DNA of 64,000 nucleotides. Origin: Octopus vulgaris. Taxonomy: Eukaryota. This document shows positions 52,640 to 64,000 of the stretch, piece by piece. The notes under the pieces were generated by a model, which was not told where the DNA came from, searched no databases, and saw only the letters and a list, made by a program, of their open reading frames with translations. The stretch is from the NCBI GenBank assembly GCA_951406725.2, contig OX597836.1:12028001-12092000 (forward strand). The letters run 5' to 3'. The position numbers and the translations under genes were made by a program. Positions within the stretch are counted from its first letter, which is position 1. The number at the start of each line of letters is the position of its first letter.

Positions 52640-52950
52640 ATTGCAGGGTCTTGTCTCACAAGTCACTTGGTGACCTCACTGGTGCTGGTGCCACAAAACT
52701 AATTAGATAAATAGAAACCACCCAGTACACTATGCTATGTAAAGTGGTTGGCATTTAGAAGGAGTCCAACCGTGGGAGCCATTCTAAGGTAGACGTTGGA
52801 ACTTGGTGCGGGTTATTTTGGTGCATAAGATCTTCTCAAACCATGCCAAGGCAGACATTGGAGCTTGGTGCAGTCTTTGACTCATTAGGTCCTTTTAAGC
52901 TGGCCAACCCATGCTAGCATGGACAGCGGACATTAAATGATGACGATGAT
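52640..52950 (+). mobile_element. Degenerate RTE-tail element
   Basis: gtggttggcatttagaagg block; ccaacccatgctagcatggacagcggacattaaatgatgacgatgat tail. Confidence 0.65.
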
Positions 52951-53687
52951 GTATATGTGATTTCTGCTTTTCTACGATGATGTCTGGTTGTAGAACTTTG
53001 TCGGTGAATATCTACTCTTATGTTCTGCAGTTGGTCTAATGGACAATTTGTTTTAATGACAACTCGTGTGGAAAACTGTTCAGTCACTGGAAAAAAAAAG
53101 AAAAAGAAAAACGAAAAGAAAAAAAAAAGAAAGCAAACAAAACCACAGTGACGGTGACGTCGACGATGATAATGATAACGAGCGCTTCCTGCTTTCTGTA
53201 CATCTAGGCAACGATAGAAACCAATTAGCAACTACACAGGTGAGCACATCAGTAGTCGGTTGACTTTCGTCAAGTGGGAATAAAATATTTTCAAGTACCT
53301 CGCTGAAGTTTTCCTCTTGTCCCTCCAGTGTCGAGATAAATTAGTCGATTTCTTCTCTTGGTTGCACTCAAAAACTACCTGCATCTCTCAGGATGGCTGT
53401 TGTTCTGTAGAGACTTCTGCTCCGCTAAGCTTTCATCGCTCTCTCGCTTTCTCCCTACCCCCCATCTATCTATACCTCTCGTTCTGTCTCTCCCTGTTGC
53501 CCTCACCTTTATGTGCGGTGTTGGTGTAGACGAGTGCGCTTGGTCTCTGTATAGTTCAGCTTGTTGTCGTATTATCTCTACGAACATGGTAAAGCGATCG
53601 CTTTACAGGTGTTCAGTTTGGTTTGCAAGTTGCAAGTTGGTGCATGTACCTTGGTAGTTGATTAATAATGCAAATAGTTGTTGATGT

Positions 53688-54233
53688 GTTACCTAAATAA
53701 ATAATGAACAGGTAAATAAATAAAGTGTCCAGCGTTACCTAAATAAATAATGAACAGGTAAATAAGGAAAGGGTCCGGCGTTACCTAAATAAATAATGGA
53801 CAGGTAAATAAATAAAGTGTCCAGCGTTACTTAAATAAATAATGGACAGGTAAATAAATAATGTGTCCAGCGTTACCTAAAGAAATAATGGACAGGTAAA
53901 TAAATAATGTGTCCAGCGTTACCTAAATAAATAATGAACAGGTAAATAAGGAAAGGGTCCGGCGTTACCTAAATAAATAATGGACAGGTAAATAAATAAT
54001 GTGTCCAGCGTTACCTAAAGAAATAATGGACAGGTAAATAAATAATGTGTCCAGCGTTACCTAAAGAAATAATGGACAGGTAAATAAGGAAAGGGTCCGG
54101 CGTTACCTAAATAAATAATGGACAGGTAAATAAATAAAGTGTCCAGCGTTACTTAAATAAATAATGGACAGGTAAATAAAGTTACCAGTGTTACCTAAAT
54201 AAATAATGGACAGGTAAATAAATAAAGTGACCA
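53688..54233. repeat. 46-bp minisatellite, 12 units
   Basis: gttacctaaataaataatg(a/g)acaggtaaataaataaagtgtccagc starting at 53688, 53734, 53780 ... 54148, 54190. Confidence 0.95.
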
Positions 54234-54395
54234 ATATTGTTACTATGTAAAAAAAAAAATTATGCTTCTCCTCGTTATTGCTTTTCTCATTAGAATTAAG
54301 ACAAGACCTCACACACACGCACACACGTGCCAACATTTTCACATTTAAGTATGTATGTATTTATATATGCATTCATGTGTGTGTGTTTATACATA

Positions 54396-54830
54396 TAGGC
54401 ACAGGCATGACTGTGTGGTAAGAAGCTTTCTTCCCAACCATGTGGTTCCAGTTTCATTCTCACTGCATGGCACCTTGAGCAAGTTTTTTTTTCTATTAGA
54501 TAAGTACCAGTTGCATACTGGGGTCGATCTTATCGACTAGTCCCCTCCCCCAAAAATTTCAGGCCTTGTACCTAGAATAGAAAAGAATAATTATTATCAA
54601 TAATACTTCTTAGGCAGTGAGCTGGCAGTATTATTAGCATGCTGGGCAAAATGCTTAGAGGTATTTCATCTGTCTTTATATTCTGAGTTCAATTTCTGCC
54701 GAAGTCGACTTTGCCTTTTATTATTTCAGGGTCAATAAATTAAGTACCAGTTGCATACTAGGGTTGATTTAATCAACTCGCCCCACTCCCAAAATCTTGG
54801 GCCTTGTTGCCTAGAGTAGAAAAGAATATT
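54396..54830 (+). mobile_element. SINE A head followed by two SINE B ((TTA)-tail) copies
   Basis: Identity to the reference copies. Confidence 0.82.
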
Positions 54831-55884
54831 GTTGTACTCTTTGCTGTCTTTCGGAGTTGTGTTGTGAGCATTTTCCTTTTCCAGAAGATGGGGGTCTTTT
54901 TTTTTTCTTCATCCTCTTTATGTTATCATTCTGTTAGAAAAGTCAAACATATTATATCTGGACCATTGAGTGCAGTTGTACATTTTCTGGTGATGCTAAA
55001 GATATATTTACCAAATTTATAAGACATGTTTGTATGCATGCACACATAAGCTTGTGTATCTATATATGTACGTGTATATATATATGCGTGTGTGTGTGTG
55101 TATTTGTGTGTAAACATTTATCTAAACAATAACACAGATGCCAGGATAATAATATAAGGATATGTATATGTGTATATGTGTATGCACATATACATTAACT
55201 AGCTTGTATAAATACACACACAAACACATGTAAAAGTATTTAATGTGTATATTATATATATATATGGAATACATGTGTGTGTATGTATATATTATATATA
55301 TATACATACACTTACACACACTTGCATATATATGTATATATAACACACTTGTTTGTATATATATGTTCATTATATACACGTGTGCTTTTGTATACATGCT
55401 CACATACACACACATATATATTTGCATACATAGACGGATATAGTTGAATGTTGATATCCATATATGCATGTGAGCACGCACACAGACATACACACACGCA
55501 CACACACACACACACACACACATTTACTTCTCTATTTCAGACAACAGTATAAGCAAGTTTTCTTCTGCTCTGATATAATTTTTGTCAGTCTACTTAATTA
55601 CCATGTCATGGTTAACAGCAGGAAATATATTTATTTTCTGCTATTTTTGGGAACTTTTAAATATTTTCAACATGATTCTGCAATAATGTTCTTCTTTTTT
55701 TATATATATACATGTATATATATATATATTTATTTATTTATCTTTTTTATTCTTCGTCATCATTTACTGAGCATAATTACAAATTATTCTGACTAAAAGA
55801 CAAACAGACAGACAGATGGATTGATGGCTCGACTGATGGAAAGCAAATTCAACACACCTTTCTAGAACCAGTATAGGATGCCAA

Positions 55885-56755
55885 TTAGGTGCAGGTGTGT
55901 GTGGTTTTAGAATTTTGCTTTCCAACCATGGGATTTTTGGTTCAGTCCCACCTTGTGGTACCTCGGGCAAAATATCCTTTACTAAGGCTCTGGGTTGGAT
56001 AGATTCCTTATGAATGTATTTTCATTGGTGAAAACTGAAAGAAGCTCACCTTAAGTTCAGTCCCACTGCAGGGCATCTTGGCCAAGGGCCAACCAATGCC
56101 TTGGAAGTTTAGTTGGTGGACAGAAACTATGTTGAAGCTGGTGAGCTGGCAGAAACGTTAGCACGCTGGGCGAAATGCTTAGTGGTATTTCATCTGCCGC
56201 TACGTTCTGAGTTCAAATTCCACCGAGGTCGACTTTGCCTTTCATCCTTTCGGGGTCGATTAAATAAGTACCAGTTACGCACTGGGGTCGATGTATTCAA
56301 CTTTAATCCCTTTGTCTGTCCTTGTTATCCCCTCTATGTTTAGCCCCTTGTGGGCAATAAAGAAATAACAAATAAGAACCTATTGAAGCTTGTCATGTAT
56401 ATATGTGTATGCATGGGGGTATGTTTTTTTGTGTATGTCCCCGAACCATCACTTGACAACCGGTGTTGGTTTGTCACTGTCCCTTTGGCTTAGCTGTTCA
56501 GCAAAAGAGATCAACAGGATTCAGTGCCAGGTTTAGAAATATAAGTGTTAGATGGGGGCAGGTGATTTGTTCAACCCTTATATATAGATATGTATGTGTG
56601 TGTATATGTTTGTGTGTCTCTGTTTGTCCCTTCAGCATCGCTTGACAACTGATGCTGGTGTGTTTACGTCCCTGTAACTTAGCGGTTCGGTAAAAGGAAA
56701 CCGATAGAATAAGTACAAGGCTTACAAAGAATAAGTCCTGGGGTCCATTTGTGTG
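55885..56755 (+). mobile_element. SINE cluster: degenerate family A pieces with a family B tail-A copy (56140-56367) nested inside
   Basis: Identity to the reference copies. Confidence 0.8.
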
Positions 56756-56925
56756 ACCACCTCTTGTACCTACACCTTAGAACCATCATGGCATCTAATG
56801 TGACTTTTTAGACCAGACAACGTATTGAAAAGACACCCACATAGATTGCAGATCAGTTCTGATCTTTGTGGATCTTGAAATGTCTTTTGAGGCCTCAGTT
56901 AGATTTTGAAACCTTCTGACATATG

Positions 56926-56986
<61 letters not shown>

Positions 56987-57097
56987 ATCACGTGACCGAC
57001 CAGACCATCAGATGTTGTTACACATCGCTGGTCACAATGCGTTCGCATTGTTTTAGCCTTCGAATGACGCCACCCCGCTGGCTAAGCGAGCAGGCCA

Positions 57098-57137
<40 letters not shown>

Positions 57138-57214
57138 CCATACCTGTATATATATATATATATATATACACATAAATACACATACATACACACACACACA
57201 CATATATATATAGA

Positions 57215-57688
57215 TCATCATCATCATCATCATCATCGTTTAACGTCCGCTTTCCATGCTAGCATGGGTTGGACGGTTCGACTGGGGTCTGGGAAGCCCG
57301 AAGGCTGCACCAGGCCAGTCAGATGTGGCAGTGTTTCTACAGCTGGATGACCTTCCTAACGCCAACCACTCCGAGAGTGTAGTGGGTGTTTTTTATGTGC
57401 CACCGACACAGGTGCCAGACGAGGCTGGCAGACGGCCACGCTCGGATGGTGTTTTCTTATGTGTCACTGACACAGGTGCCAGACGAGGCTGGCGGACGGC
57501 CACGCTCGGATGGTGTTTGTTACGTGCCCTCAGCACGGAGGCCAGTCATTGCGGTACTGGCTACGGTCACGTTCGGATGGTTTTCTTATGTGCCACCGGC
57601 ACTGGTACCACAAGGATACAAATTCCATTGATGTTCATGTCCAACCCATGCTAGCATGGAGAACGGACGTTAAACGACGATGATGATG
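57215..57688. mobile_element. RTE-tail element bounded by inverted copies of its own 3' tail, with internal about 64-bp tandem units
   Basis: tcatcgtttaacgtccgctttccatgctagcatgggttggac (about 57232-57273) vs gtccaacccatgctagcatggagaacggacgttaaacgacga (57639-57680). Confidence 0.8.
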
Positions 57689-58108
57689 TATATATATGGC
57701 AAATAAGAAAGTGGAGGATACAAAATGGACAGACATCAGCCAATAAACATTCCAGTATGTCTATGTATTAGAATGTATTAGAATGTATACAACCACATTT
57801 ATTAGTAGTACAGCATATCAAATCTAAAGAGTTGGTAATTCCAAGAATGAGGGTGTGGAACCATATAATCATATGGGAACAGGTGATTAATTGAGTACAT
57901 GAGGAAATGAGCAGATTGTCAGTAGTGCTTCTGTTATCCCCCACACATGTATAACACTTAATTCCAAGGTTGCCACGCAATAACTTGAACTTGGGTTTAA
58001 AAAATTGGGTATACTACCAGCAGTATATTGGATAGGTATTATCCCTTAGTTGGTTGGCTCCCCAACCTCAAACTCACACAGAAATATACACTCACACACA
58101 CACAATTA

Positions 58109-58156
<48 letters not shown>

Positions 58157-58263
58157 CATACATACCTATATATATATAGGTATGTATATATATATGGCAA
58201 ATAAGATGGAAGATGGAATATATGAGAATTTATTAGTAATCACTACATCTATTTTATTATCCA

Positions 58264-58306
<43 letters not shown>

Positions 58307-58442
58307 TACCTATATATATATATATACACACACACACCTATATATATATTTATATATACATACACATACCTATATATAAACACACACACACCTATATATA
58401 CACATACATAGCTTTATAAATATATATATATTTGTATGTTTT

Positions 58443-58480
<38 letters not shown>

Positions 58481-59082
58481 TGTGTGCGTGTATATACGTG
58501 CATATAGGTATATGTGTGTGTGTGTGTGTGTGTCTATAAGAAATACGTTCTGTTCTGCCAGTTCCTTCCTCTGCAATCTGTGCGTATATATGTAGGGCAG
58601 GTCAAACACTAAACATGTTCATTCACGGAAATGGAGATGTTCAACTTTACAACAATTATGATATTGATTTCAATATATTTTTATTTAAAATTAAATAAGA
58701 CCTGAGAACAAACCCCCCACCTTCATCCCTCCCCCTCCTCTCTCACCTTTCTCTCTCCTCCTCCTCCTCCTCCTCTCTCATCCCTTCTTTCTTTCTGTCT
58801 TTTGTTTTTGTTCTTTTGTTATTTCTTTCTTTTTCTTTTTTTTTTTTTTTTTGTTACATTTTTCCATTCTTTCATTTTCTGATCTGTCTTTCTTGTAATT
58901 CATTTAACTTGTAAGGCTAAAAGTGTGTGTGTGTGTGTGTGCGTGTACTATGGTGATTCTTTGTGTGCATATGTGTGTGCGTGTACGTGTGTTTGCACTC
59001 GTTTTATGCGTGCATATGATTCGATTGCACCTATGCGTGTGTGTATGACATGAATATACTCGCATAGACATGCACTCTTGTG

Positions 59083-59113
<31 letters not shown>

Positions 59114-59346
59114 TCATCTGCATACATTCACATGCACACACAAGAGCACACACATGTATATATAAATATATGTATGCATATATGCATATATATATATATA
59201 TATGTGTGTGTCTACACACACACATACAAAGACACAAAGAGCACACACATAAATATGCATATATTTGTGTTCACAGACACACACGCAAATATGAATATAT
59301 CTATGTGTATGTCTGTATGTGTGTGTGTGTATATATATGTATATAT

Positions 59347-59388
<42 letters not shown>

Positions 59389-59535
59389 GTACACAAACAC
59401 GTGTAAATATGTGTGTATATATCTGTTTGTATTCATGTACATATATACATGCATATGCATACATGTAGGCATATGTGTATATATGTGTACCTGTGTATGT
59501 GTATATACATATGTAAATGTATGTCACGTGTGTGC

Positions 59536-59580
<45 letters not shown>

Positions 59581-59854
59581 TATATATATATGTATGTATA
59601 TATATATATATGTATGTATATATATATATGTATGTATGTATATATGTATGTATGTATATATGTATGTATGTATATATATATATGTATGTATATATATATG
59701 TATGTATATATATATGTATGTATGTATATATATATGTATGTATGTATATATATAATGTAGGATGGTGGGTGAGAGCAAAGTGTGGAACCATCTTTTGAAT
59801 AATCTGCTGCTGTAGACAGTTTTAATACCATCACTGTGGGCCATTTTCATTCCA

Positions 59855-60651
59855 CTCCCCCCCTCTCTCCCCCTCTCTCTCTTTCTCTTCTTGATCACTC
59901 TATCCTCCTCCTCCTCCTCCTCAATCTTCCCTCTCTGTCTCTCTCATCTACTTTCTTAGTATTATGTCACTTCAACTCTCTCTCTCTGTCTCTACCTCTC
60001 TCTCTATTTATGTATCAGTTTCTCTCCCTTCTGTGTCTCTGTTTCCACCATGCTCTCTCTCTTTTACTCTCTCGTCACCCTCTCTCACTCACCTATTCTC
60101 TCTCACCCTGTCTCCCACTCAGCCCCCTCACTCATTCTCTCTCTCACTATCTATCTCTCTCTCTCTCTCAGCCTCTCTCTTTGTTGCTCTTTCTCCAAGC
60201 CTGTCTTCTCATCTTATCTCTCTAATCCCTCTCTGTCTTTCTCGCTCTCTCTCTATCCATTTCATTCTTATCACTCTATTCATTTTACTGCCTCTCTCTC
60301 TTTCTCTCTCTCTATCCCTACTTATATGTATGTATGTATCTATCCATCCATCCATCTGTCTATGCTCTCTCTCTCTCTCTCTCTCTAACTCTCTTATTTC
60401 CTATCTTTCTCCATGCCTCTCTCTTTTCATCTCCTCAGTCTTTCTCTTTCTTTACTACTCCCTCCTTCTCTCACTCCCTCTATCACACTCCCTCTCCCTC
60501 ATTCATTTACTTATCAATTTTAATCTCTCCTTATGTCTCTATCTTTATCTATCTATCTATCTGTTTCTCCTTTCTCTCTCATCACCTCTTCCTGCTCCCC
60601 ACTTCCCACATCTCTCACACACACCCTTTCTCTCTGTCTCTCTCTCTCTCT

Positions 60652-60682
<31 letters not shown>

Positions 60683-60770
60683 AAGCTCTCTCTCTCTCTC
60701 AAGCTCTCTCTCTCTCTCAAGCTCTCTCTCTCTCTCAAGCTCTCTCTCTCTCTCTCCTTCTCTTCCTCTA
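59855..60770. repeat. Degenerate (CT)n tract ending in (ctctctcaag)-type units
   Basis: Visible. Confidence 0.9.
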
Positions 60771-61875
60771 AAAGCCGTATTTTTGTTTACCATTGAAATT
60801 ACATAGATTTCCTTTTTTCTTCGAAAATAAACTAATTCAATAAAATTAGTTCATTTGCTTATCCACCTCCTCCTCCTTTCGACTCCTTCCTTCTTCCTTC
60901 CTCCTCCCCCCCGTTTCTTCCTCCTTGCGTCGTCACAGTTCTCACATTCTAATTGTTTTCTGTCTTTAATTTCTCACGCGTTCCTTTACAATTTCGATTC
61001 CAAGTTTCGAGGAAAACAAGAATGTCGGAAGCAAACAGAAAGGATTTCCTCCTCCCCTCCTCCTCTTCCTGCTCCTCCTCCTCATCATCATCATTACCAT
61101 CATCATCATTATCACCGTCATCATCATCATCTCCATTTTCGGCATCATCATCATCGTCGTCGTCATCTTCGTTATCACCGTTATCATCATCTCCATTTTC
61201 GTCATCATCATCATCATCACCATAATCATCACCTCCATTATTACCGACATCATCATCATCATAATCATCACCTCCATTATTACCGTCATCATCACCATCA
61301 CCTCCACTGTCATTGTCATCATCACCTCAATTCTTGTTGTCGTCAACATCATCACACCATTGTCATCATCATCATTGGCATCATCATCATTGTTGTCATC
61401 ATCACTATCACCACCATCGTCATCACAACTGCTATCATCACCATCACTATGACCATTGTCATCGTCATCATTGCTACCACCATATCATCATTGTAATCGT
61501 TGTCATCATAATCAGCATCATCATCATCAGCGTTGTTATTGTCATCATCATCGTTAGCACCACTGTTGTAAGATCATCATTGTCTTCATCATTGCCATCG
61601 TTGACTTCATCTTCGTTTTCATCGTCGTCACAGAACACGGCAGGTTTAAGACAGGTGTTGCTGCAAAGACTTGTAAACCAGAGCAGTTGCTCATCAAGCT
61701 AATTAGGAAAAGTGAACCAAAGAGACAATCACTTCAAAACATGCTTGGATTAACATTAGTAGGACCAAGTGCATCGCTTGATGCATTTTGAAATCTTAAT
61801 TGCACTCAATTCAAAAACTGAAGTCATAAATTTCAATAGATTAATACATTTAATAAAGGTTTTCTATTGCTCTTT

Positions 61876-62308
61876 TTCTTTTTTTTTTCCTTTCAAATTG
61901 AAAAATGTCTATGCATCAACTGATGCATTCTGGTCCTTAAAAGGTAGGGGGAAAATCTGGTCCTTCTGCTGTTAATAATGGCCCTTCACCAATTCCTGGA
62001 TGTGCAATTATCATTTAACTGTTCAGCATTTAAATCCTCTTTATCTGGCCTCAATTATCATTTTGCTTTATGTTTGAACTGGCCAGACCTAGTTAGTGCA
62101 TGTTAGGATTTCCACCATGGCTTAAACTACCATGTGAACCACTGTGAGTGAAGATCCCCTGGTTCTCGTTAGAACTTCTTTTTTTTTTCCTTTCAAATTG
62201 AAAAATGTCTTTGTATCAACTGATGCATTCTGGTCCTTAAAAGGTAACTGAAAAGTCTGGTCCTTCTGCTCTTAATAATGGCCCTTCACCAATTCCTGGA
62301 GATGCAAT
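61876..62308 (+). repeat. About 133-bp direct duplication, period 300 bp
   Basis: 61876-62008 vs 62176-62308, highly similar (tttcaaattgaaaaatgtct...cttcaccaattcctgga). Confidence 0.9.
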
Positions 62309-62349
62309 GTGAAGCATATGTTCTGTGCTGGGACGTTTATCTGAAGCAT

Positions 62350-62712
62350 ACGTGAGGAGAATACCATTTGAAGGAGGAAATATATAATGGCATTTCTTCC
62401 GGGTTTCAAATTCCACTGGCGCTGAATTTGCATTTCTGCCTTTCGGGTTGGATAAATTAAGTACCAGTCAAGAACTGGGGGTTATGTGATCGACTTACGC
62501 CCTCCTCCAAAATTTCAGGCCTTGTGCCTACAGAAGAAAGGATTATTATTATTATTATTACCTTTGCACAGCTTCTAACGCAGATGTACTACAGTGTCAG
62601 CTGTTCACTACCAGTGAACTAAGGTAACACCTCTTATTTTTTGGGCACCTTCTGGAATATTACTCGATAAATAAGAGGTGTTATTATTATTACTGTTATT
62701 ATTATCATCATT

Positions 62713-62743
<31 letters not shown>

Positions 62744-63300
62744 TTATTATTATTCTGCTGAGGTCGACTCTGCCTTTCACCTTTGTCGAGGTCGATAAAA
62801 TGAAATACCAGTGAAATAATGGGAGATGGGGTTGAAGTAATGAACTTGCTCCCTTCCTTTCAAAACTTCTGGCTTCATGCCAAAATTGGAAACCATTATA
62901 ATAATTTCATCATCATCATCAGCATTATTATTATTATTATCATTATTATTATTACTATTGTCATTATTGTTATCATTGTTATTTTTATTATTATTATTAT
63001 CATTGTTATTATTATCATCATCATCATCATTATTATTATTATTATTATCATTGTTATTATTATTATCATCATCATCATCATCATTATCATTGTTATTATT
63101 ATCATCATCATCAGCATTATTATTATTGTTATTGTTATTATTATTGTTATTATTATTATTATCATTATTATCATTCTTACTATTGTCATTATTGTTATCA
63201 TTATTTTTATTATTATTATTATCATCATCAGCATCATCATTATTATTCTTATTGTCATTATTGTCATTATTATCATTGTTATTATTATTATTATTATTGT
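62350..63300 (+). mobile_element. Two degenerate SINE B copies (about 62350-62560, 62755-62900) with long (TTA/TCA)n tails
   Basis: Meta-like domain cctttcgggttggataaattaagtaccag; low-complexity tail to 63300. Confidence 0.75.
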
Positions 63301-64000
63301 TACATCAGAAATAACTGTTGCTATATAAAATATTGTTATCATTGTTGTGAAATAGTCAATAGATGATGGTATGCAGCATTGGAATAGGAATAAAGGTTGC
63401 TTTCTTTTTTCTTTTTTTTCTTTCCTTTCCTTTCTTTTTTTTTTTTTTTTTAATAATCAATAAATTCTTACATCTTTCATCACCACCACCACCACCACCA
63501 CTACCATCATCACCACCACCACCACCACCACCTTCATTCATTCGTTCGTTCATACAGCCAGTCAGTCAGTCGTCCTCGCTTTAGATTTTCAATTTCTGGA
63601 ACTGTGCAAGCCTATGCTTATTTTTCGAATATAATCAATGACCAATCAATTGATTGATCAGCACCAGCAGCATTGCCGTTAATGCTGTTCTGCTTCAATA
63701 GCATATTCTTATAATTATTCCGTTTGTCCGTTTGTAAATGTGTAAAAGTTCGCATCGAACCTTTCTTGGAGCTGCCGTTTGTTATTGTTGTCATTGCTGT
63801 TATCTGTTGTTATTGTTGTTGTTGTTTTTGTTGTTGTTTCGCCCCAGTTCAGCATTGGTTGAATGTACCCATGATGAAAGGTATGCCAGCCATGGCCATC
63901 CTGTCACAGGCATGGTGTATCGAGGACTTTATTATTGTTTTCTACTCTGAGCACAAGGCCTGAAGTTTTAGGGGAGGTGAAGGGGGCAGTCGATTAGATC

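Noticed and set aside
53688-54233. CRISPR-like appearance of the 46-bp array (and of the 184-bp array)
   Set aside because: The units are contiguous near-identical repeats without unique spacers; the context is eukaryotic and there are no cas genes.

Overview
This is AT-rich, repeat-saturated non-coding metazoan DNA. It is most likely octopus (coleoid cephalopod), an inference from the SINE families I recognise and the extreme microsatellite load. I find no intact protein-coding gene: essentially all supplied ORFs are read-throughs of (TA)n/(CA)n/(CT)n/(CAT)n/(TTA)n/(CAC)n tracts or of SINEs. The window is a mosaic of three tRNA-derived SINE families, 5'-truncated LINE relics (R4/Dong, RTE, CR1-like), Tc1/mariner relics and MITEs, non-autonomous Helitrons, a piggyBac-like MITE, Penelope-type ends with minimal hammerhead ribozyme motifs, a 46-bp minisatellite and short high-complexity unique islands. 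The most notable observations are five. (1) A textbook recursive-splice (AG|GTGAGT) site at 47991/47992 with a downstream RS-exon-like donor, suggesting the window is a giant plus-strand intron. (2) Headless 184-bp SINE concatemers with an identical junction at independent loci, compatible with a circular-RNA/rolling reverse-transcription intermediate. (3) Two minimal type-I hammerhead ribozyme motifs. (4) A perfect hairpin next to its non-hairpin precursor copy, suggesting birth by template switching. (5) A minisatellite carrying 12 splice-donor/Forkhead-like motifs. All coordinates were read by eye and repeat boundaries are approximate.
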